Shown: one piece after another, positions 1 through 8,111 of the stretch
Layout of the letters: every line of letters begins with the position of its first letter
Position numbering within the stretch: the stretch's first letter is position 1
DNA from: Candidatus Eiseniibacteriota bacterium
GTDB lineage: Bacteria > Eisenbacteria > RBG-16-71-46
Direction: 5' to 3'
Length of the DNA: 64,000 nt
Assembly: GCA_041483195.1 (NCBI GenBank)
Contig: JBGPFC010000005.1
Coordinates: forward strand, 1 to 64,000
Notes under the pieces: model-generated
Told to the model about the DNA's origin: nothing
The model's database searches: none
What the model saw: only the letters and a program-made list of their open reading frames with translations
Position numbers and translations under genes: made by a program

Positions 1-82
1 CAACATCCGCGGCAACAGCTACCGGCTCAAGGACAAGCTCAAGTCGGGCATCGTCCAGGCGGCCACCGAGGACGTCAGTTGA
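1..82 (+). CDS. istB: IS21-family helper ATPase IstB, C-terminal fragment (truncated by the window edge)
   Basis: Frame from nt 2 reads NIRGNSYRLKDKLKSGIVQAATEDVS* (TGA 80-82). I-x-G-x-S-Y-R is the typical IstB C-terminal motif, and an IS21-type end follows immediately. Confidence 0.8.
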   Translation, partial: NIRGNSYRLKDKLKSGIVQAATEDVS

Positions 83-141
83 TCACCCGGGTGGGGAGTT
101 TTCGATGACCGCAGATGGGGAGATTTGGGTGACCGTTGACA
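1..141 (+). mobile_element. Right end of an IS21-family insertion sequence
   Basis: Ends in ...GTTGACA (141); the reverse complement begins TGTCAACGG. It carries two tandem imperfect repeats (reverse complement GGTCACCCAAATCTCCCCA / GGTCATCGAAAACTCCCCA), like IS21 multiple terminal repeats, directly after istB. Confidence 0.8.
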
Positions 142-881
142 AGAAAGGCCAGCAGCTCACGGCGGGCCGCGTGCGTCAGTACCTCGAACCGTTCATGGGT
201 CACTTGCAGCTCGACCGCGTGAGCGGGGAGGATGTGCGGGCGTACCGGCTGTGGGTCGAGCGCAGCACGAAGCTCTCGACCGGGTCCGTGTGGCATCTGC
301 TGGCGGACTGCCGGTGCCTGTTCAACTGGTGCGAGGAGGCCGGGCTCGTGTCGCGGAGTCCGTTTCCGCGTCGGGTGATGCCGAAGCTTCAGGAACGGCT
401 CCCGGATCGGCTGACGGACGAAGAGGCCGAGCAAGTGCGGTGTCTGCCCGAGCCGCACGGGTTCGTGTGTCGGCTGGCGTTGGGCACGGGCCTTCGGTGG
501 GGCGAGTTGTGCCGGGCGCAGGCTTCGGAGGTGGAGCGCGAGTTCCTGCTCGTGCATCACACGAAGTCGCGCAAGGTGCGACGAGTGCCACTGACCGGCG
601 AGCTGCTCGCGGAAGTCCGGCTGCACGTGGGCAGGCTCGTTCCGTTCGCGCGATTGTCGCCGGGTTCGTTCGCGAACTCGGTACGGCGCATGAGCGGCAT
701 CGAGCAGTTTCACGTCCACCAGATGCGGCACACGTTCGCTTGCCAGTGGTTGGAGCGGGGTGGCAATCTCGCCGCCCTTCAGCAAATCCTGGGTCACGCT
801 TCGATCGAGACTACGCAGCGATACGCGCGGCTGAGCGATGAAGTGGTGATGCGGGAGGCGCGGAGGCTGGCGCAAACTTGA
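142..881 (+). pseudogene. Tyrosine recombinase/integrase, N-terminally interrupted by IS21 (ORF 105..881 starts inside the IS end)
   Basis: Catalytic motifs GLRWGEL (R), HQMRH (HxxR) and LGHASIETTQRY (H, Y) are present. The first 12 codons of the ORF lie within the IS terminal repeats. Confidence 0.8.
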
Positions 882-893
882 GGAGGGATAAGC

Positions 894-1235
894 ATGGCGA
901 TCGGTGTTGACTTCAAGAAGCGGAGCGACAGGGGTGGATCGGACATCTGGGCTCCGGTGGCAATGTGTGACGTTTGCGGCTCGGAGATCTCCGATGGCCG
1001 CGCAGGTGTGTACCTGTACGACCAGAAACTAGGAGCATTTCAAGTCCCGACGATCGCTTGTAAGGGCAGTTGCCATGAGAAGGCCGAAAGAGAGATGAAG
1101 GCCAAGGGCGCTTCGGTCGGCTGGATGGAGATGTATGCCTTTGTAGGGATGCTCAAAGGTAACGTGATGCTGAAGAGCACACCTGCTGGCAAGAAGCTCG
1201 CTGACGAAGCGGAGAGCGGGGAGTTGGAGTCCTAA
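894..1235 (+). CDS. Small hypothetical protein with CxxC...CxxxC (possible Zn-binding)
   Basis: GGAGGG RBS upstream, 113 aa, CDVC and CKGSC motifs, visibly lower GC than the flanks. Confidence 0.6.
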   Translation: MAIGVDFKKRSDRGGSDIWAPVAMCDVCGSEISDGRAGVYLYDQKLGAFQVPTIACKGSCHEKAEREMKAKGASVGWMEMYAFVGMLKGNVMLKSTPAGKKLADEAESGELES

Positions 1236-1247
1236 CAACCGCTGCTC

Positions 1248-1270
1248 ACCGTAGCAGAGACCGTAGCAGA
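1248..1270. repeat. Tandem 11-bp direct repeat ACCGTAGCAGA x2 (possible integrase arm-type sites)
   Basis: Copies at 1248-1258 and 1260-1270, about 30 nt upstream of the tRNA. Confidence 0.55.
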
Positions 1271-1299
1271 ACGGGTAGAGCAGGGACGCATCTCGTTGT

Positions 1300-1376
1300 G
1301 GCCCCGTAGCTCAGACGGATAGAGCAGCGGTTTCCTAAACCGCGTGCCACTGGTTCGACTCCAGTCGGGGCCACCA
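1300..1376 (+). tRNA. tRNA-Arg(CCT)
   Basis: Acceptor stem GGCCCCG/CGGGGCC, D arm GCTC/GAGC, anticodon stem GCGGT/ACCGC with CCT at 1334-1336, T loop TTCGACT, encoded CCA. Confidence 0.95.
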
Positions 1377-1414
1377 CTCGAAACGCCACGATCCAGCGCG
1401 AAGGTCGGCCAGCC

Positions 1415-1446
1415 AGAGGGTGTCCCGTGTTCCCGGGGCACCCTCT
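1415..1446 (+). other. 13-bp GC-rich hairpin downstream of the tRNA
   Basis: AGAGGGTGTCCCG-loop-CGGGGCACCCTCT with one G-U pair. No U-tract, so not a canonical terminator. Confidence 0.5.
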
Positions 1447-1639
1447 CAGACTGGCGACAGATAGACAGGCAGGGACGGGAGAGGACGTTGAGGGGGAGAC
1501 CAAGCGGAGGGGCGCGAAAGCGCCCCCATGAAACCCCGACCCCTGTCTGCCCGTAGTGGCACCCTTAGTGGCAACCACCGCCCAGTGCTGCTGAACACGG
1601 GGCCATTTGCGCATCGGAGAGGGGCTCGTTGTGGCCGAC

Positions 1640-3373
1640 ATGCAGACCCGAATGAGCGCGATGCCGCCTCAGGAAGCCCCGCTCCCCACCACGGTCGTGT
1701 CGGCGTTGGTCCAGATGTTCTCCCGCCTGGGAGTGAAAGAGGCGTTCGGCGTCTCGGGTGGCGCGATGGCGGCGCTGTGGGACGCGCTGTCATCCAGCTC
1801 GCTCGGCGTCTATCACTTCCGTCACGAGAACGGGGCCGCGTTCGCGGCCATCGAGGCGTGCTTCGCGAGCGGGCGACCGACCGTCCTGTTCACGACCACG
1901 GGACACGGACTCACCAACGCGCTGACCGGCATCGTGGCGGCTCGCGACGAACGCGCTCGCGTCATCGTCGTCTCCGCGTATACGTCCGCGTCATCGCGGG
2001 GCCGGTTTGCCATCCAGGAGACGTCCCGGAGCACGCTGCCCCCTTCGCTCTACGAAGCCGGGCGTCCGTTTCACTTCGCCTCGATCGTCGACGATCCCAC
2101 GCAGCTCGCCGCAATCGAGCGAGGGCTGGCGGAGGGCCTCGCTCGCCGCAGCGGATTCGTCGCTCACCTCGCGATGGACACCGCGGTGCAGCGGGCGCCC
2201 GCTCCCGAACCGCGGATACTCTCGCTGGCGATTCCGGTGACTGCACAGCCACCGCCGCACGCCGACATCGCAGCCTGCGTCGATGCGCTGAGCGATGGCC
2301 CGTTTGCAATCTGGGTCGGGTTCGGCGCGCGCGATGCCGCCGCCGAGGTCGCGACGCTCGCGCGTCGCATGCGGGCGCCGGTGATGTGCTCACCGCGTGG
2401 CAAGGGGATTTTCCCCGAGAACGACCCGCTGTTCGTCGGTGTCACCGGCCTGGCCGGACACGCTTCGGTGATGCGATATTTGGAGGAGTTCAAGCCCCGA
2501 CGCCTGCTGGTGCTCGGCACGCGGATGGGGGAGCCGACCTCGTTCTGGGACCGCCGCTTCATCGCGCCCGAGGGGTTCGTTCACGTCGACGTGGATCCCG
2601 ACGTGCCGGGCGTCGCGTTCGGCACCGCGCCCACGCTCGCCATCGTGGCCGACGTGGGAGCGACACTCCGGGCGGTGCTCGCCAATCTGCGACCTTCGAT
2701 CGGCGGCGCCACGCCGGAGTTGCCGCGTCCGCGGATCGACCGGGTCGATCGACGCACCGAGGGCCTGGTGCGCCCCGAGGCGCTGATGGACGCGCTCCAG
2801 GATCGGGTCGTCGATCGCGGCAACGCGACGGTGCTGTCGGAGTCCGGCAACTCATTCCTGTGGACGACGCACCGATTGCGGTTCTCGGAGCCGCGCCGAT
2901 ACCGGGTCAGCACCGGTGTGGGGGCCATGGGTCACGCCGCGGCCGGCGTCGTCGGCGCGGCGCTGGCCACCGGGCGAAAGGCGGTCGCGGTGGTCGGCGA
3001 CGGCGCCCTGCTCATGACCAACGAGATCAACAGCGCCGTGAAATTCGACGCGCCCGCGGTGTGGATCGTCCTCAACGATGGCCGCTACGGCATGTGTGCC
3101 CAGGGCATGGACGCCCTCGGGCTCACGGCCGACGCGGAGATCCCGCAGGTCGACTTCGCAGCGTTCGCTCGCGCGCAGGGAGCCCGCGCGGCGCGCGTCG
3201 ACCACGAGGCGCAGCTCGACGGAGCGCTGGCGGAGGCCATGGCGGCCGACGGGCCCTTCGTCGTCGACGTTCGCATCGACCCTCGGAGCAAGGCGCCGGC
3301 GTCGCAGCGCAACGCCGCGCTCGCCGCCAAACTCTCCCTGAATCGCGAGCGGATCTTCCCCGCCGGTCACTGA
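1640..3373 (+). CDS. ScyA-like thiamine-diphosphate-dependent acyloin synthase (acetolactate synthase family)
   Basis: FGVSGGAMAALW, FRHENGAAFAA (catalytic Glu), RGRFAIQETS and the ThDP motif GDGALLM...LNDG resemble cyanobacterial ScyA as recalled. The start could be TTG 1607, ATG 1640 or ATG 1652. Confidence 0.85.
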   Translation: MQTRMSAMPPQEAPLPTTVVSALVQMFSRLGVKEAFGVSGGAMAALWDALSSSSLGVYHFRHENGAAFAAIEACFASGRPTVLFTTTGHGLTNALTGIVAARDERARVIVVSAYTSASSRGRFAIQETSRSTLPPSLYEAGRPFHFASIVDDPTQLAAIERGLAEGLARRSGFVAHLAMDTAVQRAPAPEPRILSLAIPVTAQPPPHADIAACVDALSDGPFAIWVGFGARDAAAEVATLARRMRAPVMCSPRGKGIFPENDPLFVGVTGLAGHASVMRYLEEFKPRRLLVLGTRMGEPTSFWDRRFIAPEGFVHVDVDPDVPGVAFGTAPTLAIVADVGATLRAVLANLRPSIGGATPELPRPRIDRVDRRTEGLVRPEALMDALQDRVVDRGNATVLSESGNSFLWTTHRLRFSEPRRYRVSTGVGAMGHAAAGVVGAALATGRKAVAVVGDGALLMTNEINSAVKFDAPAVWIVLNDGRYGMCAQGMDALGLTADAEIPQVDFAAFARAQGARAARVDHEAQLDGALAEAMAADGPFVVDVRIDPRSKAPASQRNAALAAKLSLNRERIFPAGH

Positions 3374-5536
3374 ATGGAAGACAACACATTCACCACCACG
3401 GTCTACGCCCGGACCCCGGCGGCGCGCGCGTTCGCGTACTTGCGGCGTCTGCAAAACCTCGACGAGTGGACCCTCGGCAGCCGCATGCTCACGCGGATCG
3501 ACGACGACACGTTCATGGGCACGGCGTCTGGCTACCAGGCTGCGCTGTGCTACCACGTGCGCGCGCTCGAGCATCCGCGCATTGCCGCGATCGAGTGGCA
3601 GTGCGGCTACCGCTATCGCGAGTACTTCAAGCAGTATCCGGTATTCGTGTTTCCCTCGCGCTACGCGGGCCCTCACGACGACGAAGACGGCAGCTACATC
3701 CACTGGGTCAGCGTGGTCGATCCCGCACGCCGAACCGCGATGATCATGCAGGGAATCGCGGCCGTGCATCACTATGAAGCGCGAGGACTCAAGGCCGCGC
3801 TCGAACGCGCCGAGGGAATCGCGCGGCCCGCCGAGGGGCGAGTCTCCGTGCTCTCGGACACGATGTGGGTCGATGCGCCGCTCGCGATGGCTCGCGAGGT
3901 GCTCGCCGATCGGGAGGCCCTCGCCAGATGGGCGCCGCTCTTTCGACCCGTCGACGCCGCAGCGGGATCATTCCTCGACGAGTACGCGCGGCGCGTCCAG
4001 GTCGAGTTCGCGGCGTGCGATCTCGGCGACTACGCGCTGGTCGAGCAGGACTACGCGTACCCCGATCTCGGCGAGGTGCAGCGCTGCCCGATCATCCTGG
4101 TGCCGTGCGCTCGAGCCTTCGGCCCGGAGGCGCCCGGATTCCTGCTCCACCGGGTCGCATTCGTACGCAACGACGGCTCGCAGACGCACGGTCGCACGAC
4201 GGCCTCGGATCTGAGCGCGGAGAGCATGGCGATCAAGCGCATGCTCGAGGCGCGCGCGGGAAACCTGACCAGTTTCGCTCGCGGGATGAGCTATCGGCCC
4301 GGTCCCGCGATCACCGATGACGAGATCATGGCGTCACCACCGGACATCTTCACACCCGAGTTCGCCGCGGATCCATACCCACACTATCGCCGAATGCGCG
4401 ACGAATATCCGCTGTACTTCCACGCGCCAACCCGAGCGTGGATCCTCAGCCGCTACGACGACGTTCGCATGGCGCTGACCAACCCGACGTTCACCACCAA
4501 GAGCTACGCCGCGCAGACCGAGCCCCTGCTCGGCAAGACGATCATCCAGCTCGACGGGCGCGAGCATGCGCTGCAGCGCGGGTTGCTGACGCCGTCGTTT
4601 CGCGAGGGGAGCATTCGAGAGCGCTTCTCCGATCTGATCGTCGGCGCCATCGATGAGCTGACCGGCGTGGTCGCCTCCCGCGGCGAGGCGGACCTGATCG
4701 GGGATGTTGTCGTGCACCTTCCTGTCCGCATCATGGCGGGGTTGCTCGGCTTGCCCGCGCAAGACCGCGACCGGTTCCGGACGTGGTACACGGCCCTGAT
4801 TCAGGGCGCACTCAATCTCACCGGTGACCCGGCGGTGGCGGTGGCGGCCACCACCGCGCGGGACGAGCTCGACGCCTATCTGCGGCCGCTCATCGCCGCC
4901 CGGCGCGAGAGCCCGGGCACCGATTTGATCTCCACCCTGGCGACGACCATCGTTGAGGGCGATCGGCTGACCGACGAACAGATCATCCGCTTCGCGATGC
5001 TGATGGTGTTCGCGGGGGGCGAGACCACCGAGAAGGGGCTCGCGACCGTCCTGCGCAACCTGCTCGCACATCCCGACGCACTGGCCGCGGTGCGGCAGGA
5101 CATGTCGCTGCTGCCGCGAGCGATCGCCGAGTCGTTCCGCTACACCGCCCCCACTCACATGGTGCCGCGTCAGACCCGCGAGGAGGTGGAGGTATCGGGT
5201 GGGCTGCTGCCCGCGGGGGCCGAGGTCATGTGCTTCCTGGGCTCGGCCAACCGCGATGAGCGCCGCTTCGCCGATCCCGATTGCTTCGACCTCGACCGGC
5301 CCGAGTCCGACCCCAAGCGCGCGTTCACGGGCGCGGCCGACCACCTCGCGTTCGGCGGCGGCCGGCACTTCTGCCTCGGGGCCGTGCTCTCCCGTTTCGA
5401 GATCGAGGTCGCGTTGACTCGCATCTTCGATGCACTTCCCGACCTGCGACTCAGAGGCGACACGCCTCCGCCCGATGTCGGGCTGTTCCTGCGCGGCCCG
5501 GCGACGCTTCCCGTTCGATTCTCGAGGCGGGCGTAG
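3374..5536 (+). CDS. Fusion: ScyC-like cyclase/decarboxylase (N-terminal ~310 aa) + cytochrome P450 (C-terminal ~400 aa)
   Basis: N-terminal MEDNTFTT, NLDEWTLGSRM, GTASGY, IEWQCG, IHWVSVVDP and MIMQGI match ScyC-type motifs as recalled. The C-terminal half has the I-helix FAGGETT, ExxR (ESFR) and heme motif FGGGRHFCLG. One uninterrupted frame. Confidence 0.85.
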   Translation: MEDNTFTTTVYARTPAARAFAYLRRLQNLDEWTLGSRMLTRIDDDTFMGTASGYQAALCYHVRALEHPRIAAIEWQCGYRYREYFKQYPVFVFPSRYAGPHDDEDGSYIHWVSVVDPARRTAMIMQGIAAVHHYEARGLKAALERAEGIARPAEGRVSVLSDTMWVDAPLAMAREVLADREALARWAPLFRPVDAAAGSFLDEYARRVQVEFAACDLGDYALVEQDYAYPDLGEVQRCPIILVPCARAFGPEAPGFLLHRVAFVRNDGSQTHGRTTASDLSAESMAIKRMLEARAGNLTSFARGMSYRPGPAITDDEIMASPPDIFTPEFAADPYPHYRRMRDEYPLYFHAPTRAWILSRYDDVRMALTNPTFTTKSYAAQTEPLLGKTIIQLDGREHALQRGLLTPSFREGSIRERFSDLIVGAIDELTGVVASRGEADLIGDVVVHLPVRIMAGLLGLPAQDRDRFRTWYTALIQGALNLTGDPAVAVAATTARDELDAYLRPLIAARRESPGTDLISTLATTIVEGDRLTDEQIIRFAMLMVFAGGETTEKGLATVLRNLLAHPDALAAVRQDMSLLPRAIAESFRYTAPTHMVPRQTREEVEVSGGLLPAGAEVMCFLGSANRDERRFADPDCFDLDRPESDPKRAFTGAADHLAFGGGRHFCLGAVLSRFEIEVALTRIFDALPDLRLRGDTPPPDVGLFLRGPATLPVRFSRRA

Positions 5537-6105
5537 TCCGAACGCGCCATCGCCGCGATACACCCCGGTTCGCGCAGCAGGCCGTACGCCCGAGAACCCC
5601 GACGTGCTCCAGCCCGATGGAGCGGTGTGGGCTCGTATCGCGACATCGATCCAAGCAGGCCGCTTCCCTCCCCCGGCCGATGATGAGGCGGGCATGCCAG
5701 TGCATTGGAGCAACGAGCCTACGGAGAACGCTTCATGGCCCGGATCGAGCCGGGCTGGGTTCGAAATGCGGGCACCCCGACGACGATTTTCACGCTCATA
5801 CTCGCAGGGCCGTGGTGCCTCATCCCGTTCATCGGCCTCCGGTTCCTCCTCGTCGATCTCAGCATCCTCCCGCCGATCTGGTGGTGGCTGGTGCGAGGCC
5901 GGACGGACGAGCCGCTGCGAGGGGCGATGGCGAGTTTGGTCATCGGCCCACGCGTTCACCTCGACGAGTCCATGCTTCTGGTCTGCACCGCGAGAGGGCC
6001 GGGGCGCGGCGACGGTGACCAATGGAGGCGGTTGCGCTTACGTCTGCTCCAAGGCGGGTTCACTTGCGTTCTCGCGCGCGGAGCTCCGGAGTTCCGCGGA
6101 TTGTC

Positions 6106-7359
6106 CTACGAGGCGACCGCGCCCTTCGCTTGCCTCAGCAGGTGCGCGAAGATCGCGAGGTAGTCTCGCGCCTCGCGGGGGTGGAGGAAGTTGTCGCGCA
6201 CGTGCTCGCGACCCTCGCGCCCGAGCCGGCGGCGCAGCGCGGAGTCCCGCAGCAGCCGGACGATCTGCAGCGCGCACCCTTCGACCGAGCGCACGAGCAT
6301 TCCGGTGCGCTCGTGGATCACTTGGAGCGGAATCCCGCCGACCGCGCTGGCCACCACCGCGCGCCGCTTCCACAGCGCCTCCGACACGGTGAGCGCGAAC
6401 CCCTCGCGCAGCGACTTCTGAATCACCACGGCGGATCGCCGCTGGAGCGCGTTGATGATGCGGTGGGAATCGGGTGGCAGCGCGAGCAGCGTGACGTCCT
6501 TTCGGCCCCCGACTCGCTCTCGCGTCTCGGCCAGCACCACCGCGCCCTCGGGGTCGTCGTCCGCGGTGCCGCCCGCGAGCACCAGATGCGCCTTTTCGCG
6601 ACGCCGCGCCAGCACGAACGCCTCCACGACGCCCACCGGATCCTTCAAGCGATCGAAACGCGAGACCTGCGTCACCGTCGGCGTGTCGCGCGGCAGGTCG
6701 AACGGCTCGAGGAGTCGGTCCACCTCGTCGTCGGGCAGCTCGAGATTCTTCTCGGAGAGCGGATCGATCGAGGGAGGAGCGAGAAACGCCGGCGTCGCGA
6801 GCGGCGGAACGAACGTCACGTGCGAGAACACGGCGGCGTGAAAATGGTTCACGCGATTCGCCACGAAATCAAGCACGTCCGGATTGGCCCGCGAGAGGTC
6901 GATGTGGCAGCGCCACAGCCAGCGCTGACCGGCCTTTCTCCGCAGCTCGGCCAGCGCGGCCGGCTGGGGATCGTGAATCAGCACCAGGTCGCCATCGAGC
7001 GCCAGCTCCGCGGCCGCGCGGCGGTTCATCTCGTGGAAGTGGTCCATGTCGTCGGCGGTGAGGGACCCCGGGCCGCCGTGCAGGGCGTTGTGAATCGTCT
7101 TTGTGATCTCGTAGAAGCGGGCGTCGCCGGGCATGACCTCCCAGGTGGTGGGAATGCCGAGCTCGTTCAACAGCGGCACCAGCCGGTGAAGGATCTCCGC
7201 CACGCCGCCGCCGGTCGACGTGGAGTTGACCATGGCGATGCGATGACCGTGGAGCGACCGCGCGAGCGACTCGAGCGCGCGCATCGGGCCGTCGCCAATT
7301 ACCGCGCGATAGCCGTCCACCAGCGACGCGCCGTCCGAGCGGGTCTGGACCCGCGTCAT
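6106..7359 (-). CDS. treT: GT4 glycosyltransferase, trehalose synthase TreT-like
   Basis: VNSTSTGGGVAEIL, IHDPQP, WRCHID, QVSRFDRLKDP and QKSLREGFALTVSEALWK motifs. Confidence 0.85.
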   Translation of the reverse strand: MTRVQTRSDGASLVDGYRAVIGDGPMRALESLARSLHGHRIAMVNSTSTGGGVAEILHRLVPLLNELGIPTTWEVMPGDARFYEITKTIHNALHGGPGSLTADDMDHFHEMNRRAAAELALDGDLVLIHDPQPAALAELRRKAGQRWLWRCHIDLSRANPDVLDFVANRVNHFHAAVFSHVTFVPPLATPAFLAPPSIDPLSEKNLELPDDEVDRLLEPFDLPRDTPTVTQVSRFDRLKDPVGVVEAFVLARRREKAHLVLAGGTADDDPEGAVVLAETRERVGGRKDVTLLALPPDSHRIINALQRRSAVVIQKSLREGFALTVSEALWKRRAVVASAVGGIPLQVIHERTGMLVRSVEGCALQIVRLLRDSALRRRLGREGREHVRDNFLHPREARDYLAIFAHLLRQAKGAVAS

Positions 7360-8111
7360 CGGGTGTCACCCGAACCACGGCGCCGGCGCACGAGCCGCAC
7401 CACGGCCTGCCGCGCGGCCTCGCGACGCGCGTCCTCCGGGGCTCTCGTGGCCTCGGCGAGATGTCTTCCGATCTTGCTCCGCCGCCACCGCGTCTGAACG
7501 CGCGCGCGCACTTTGTCGATCGGCAGACCCGACCCCGCGGCCTCCTCGAGCCAGGTCGCGAGGCGGTCATCGGACGTGCCGCGGAGCCACGCGAGCAGGG
7601 GGGCGTGGCCGCCTCCAGTCCATGGCTCTTCGACCAGGTGGAAGAACCACACACACGCGTCCGCCGCCAGCAGCGCGTCCACGAGTTCCTGGCCGTCGTG
7701 AGCCCGCATGCCGATGGAAAATCTCAACGAGATCGCGGAGAGGAACGGGAACGCGCTGCCCTCTGGCGCGTCGCGCTCGACGCGCCGTTTCGTGGGGATC
7801 GCATCCAGCACCTCAAGCAGCTCGGCCCTCAGCGATTCGGCGGTGGCGTGCCTGGCCTGGACCACGAACGAAAGGCGCTCCGCGGTCTCGTCGTCCTGCG
7901 CGACCCCGCCGATCCACGCGCTGAAGTCGTCGCGCGGCTGCTCGTCGGCACCCGGATGCCGCAGCCGGTACTGAACCGCGTGGTGGAAGATCACCTCGGC
8001 CGGGGCCGCCGCGATGCCGTGGCGGAGCCCATCGAGATCACGCGCCGGCTCTCCCCACGGCTGGATCAGATGTGCCACTCCGCTCAGCTCGAACCCGGGG
8101 CCACTCGCCAT
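7356..8111 (-). CDS. DUF5752-like protein (TreT-associated)
   Basis: Two internal repeats (IFHH..DFSAWI / FFHL..LAW). ATG at 8111 overlaps the upstream TAA (TAATG). Typical neighbour of treT. Confidence 0.7.
   Translation of the reverse strand: MASGPGFELSGVAHLIQPWGEPARDLDGLRHGIAAAPAEVIFHHAVQYRLRHPGADEQPRDDFSAWIGGVAQDDETAERLSFVVQARHATAESLRAELLEVLDAIPTKRRVERDAPEGSAFPFLSAISLRFSIGMRAHDGQELVDALLAADACVWFFHLVEEPWTGGGHAPLLAWLRGTSDDRLATWLEEAAGSGLPIDKVRARVQTRWRRSKIGRHLAEATRAPEDARREAARQAVVRLVRRRRGSGDTR

Noticed and set aside
1557..1573. TGGCAC...TGGCA as a sigma-54 promoter for the scyA-like gene
   Set aside because: GG-to-GC spacing is 11 rather than the required 10; treated as a direct repeat instead.
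5750..5780. GGTTCGAA...GGGCACC as a possible tRNA 3' duplicate (att site) closing the scy-like islet
   Set aside because: The match to the tRNA-Arg 3' end is too short and gapped to be significant.
5705..6163. 152-aa + strand ORF with a hydrophobic, Trp-rich stretch after the P450 fusion
   Set aside because: No recognisable family, weak start, and it overlaps the treT 3' end. It could be a remnant but cannot be supported as a gene.
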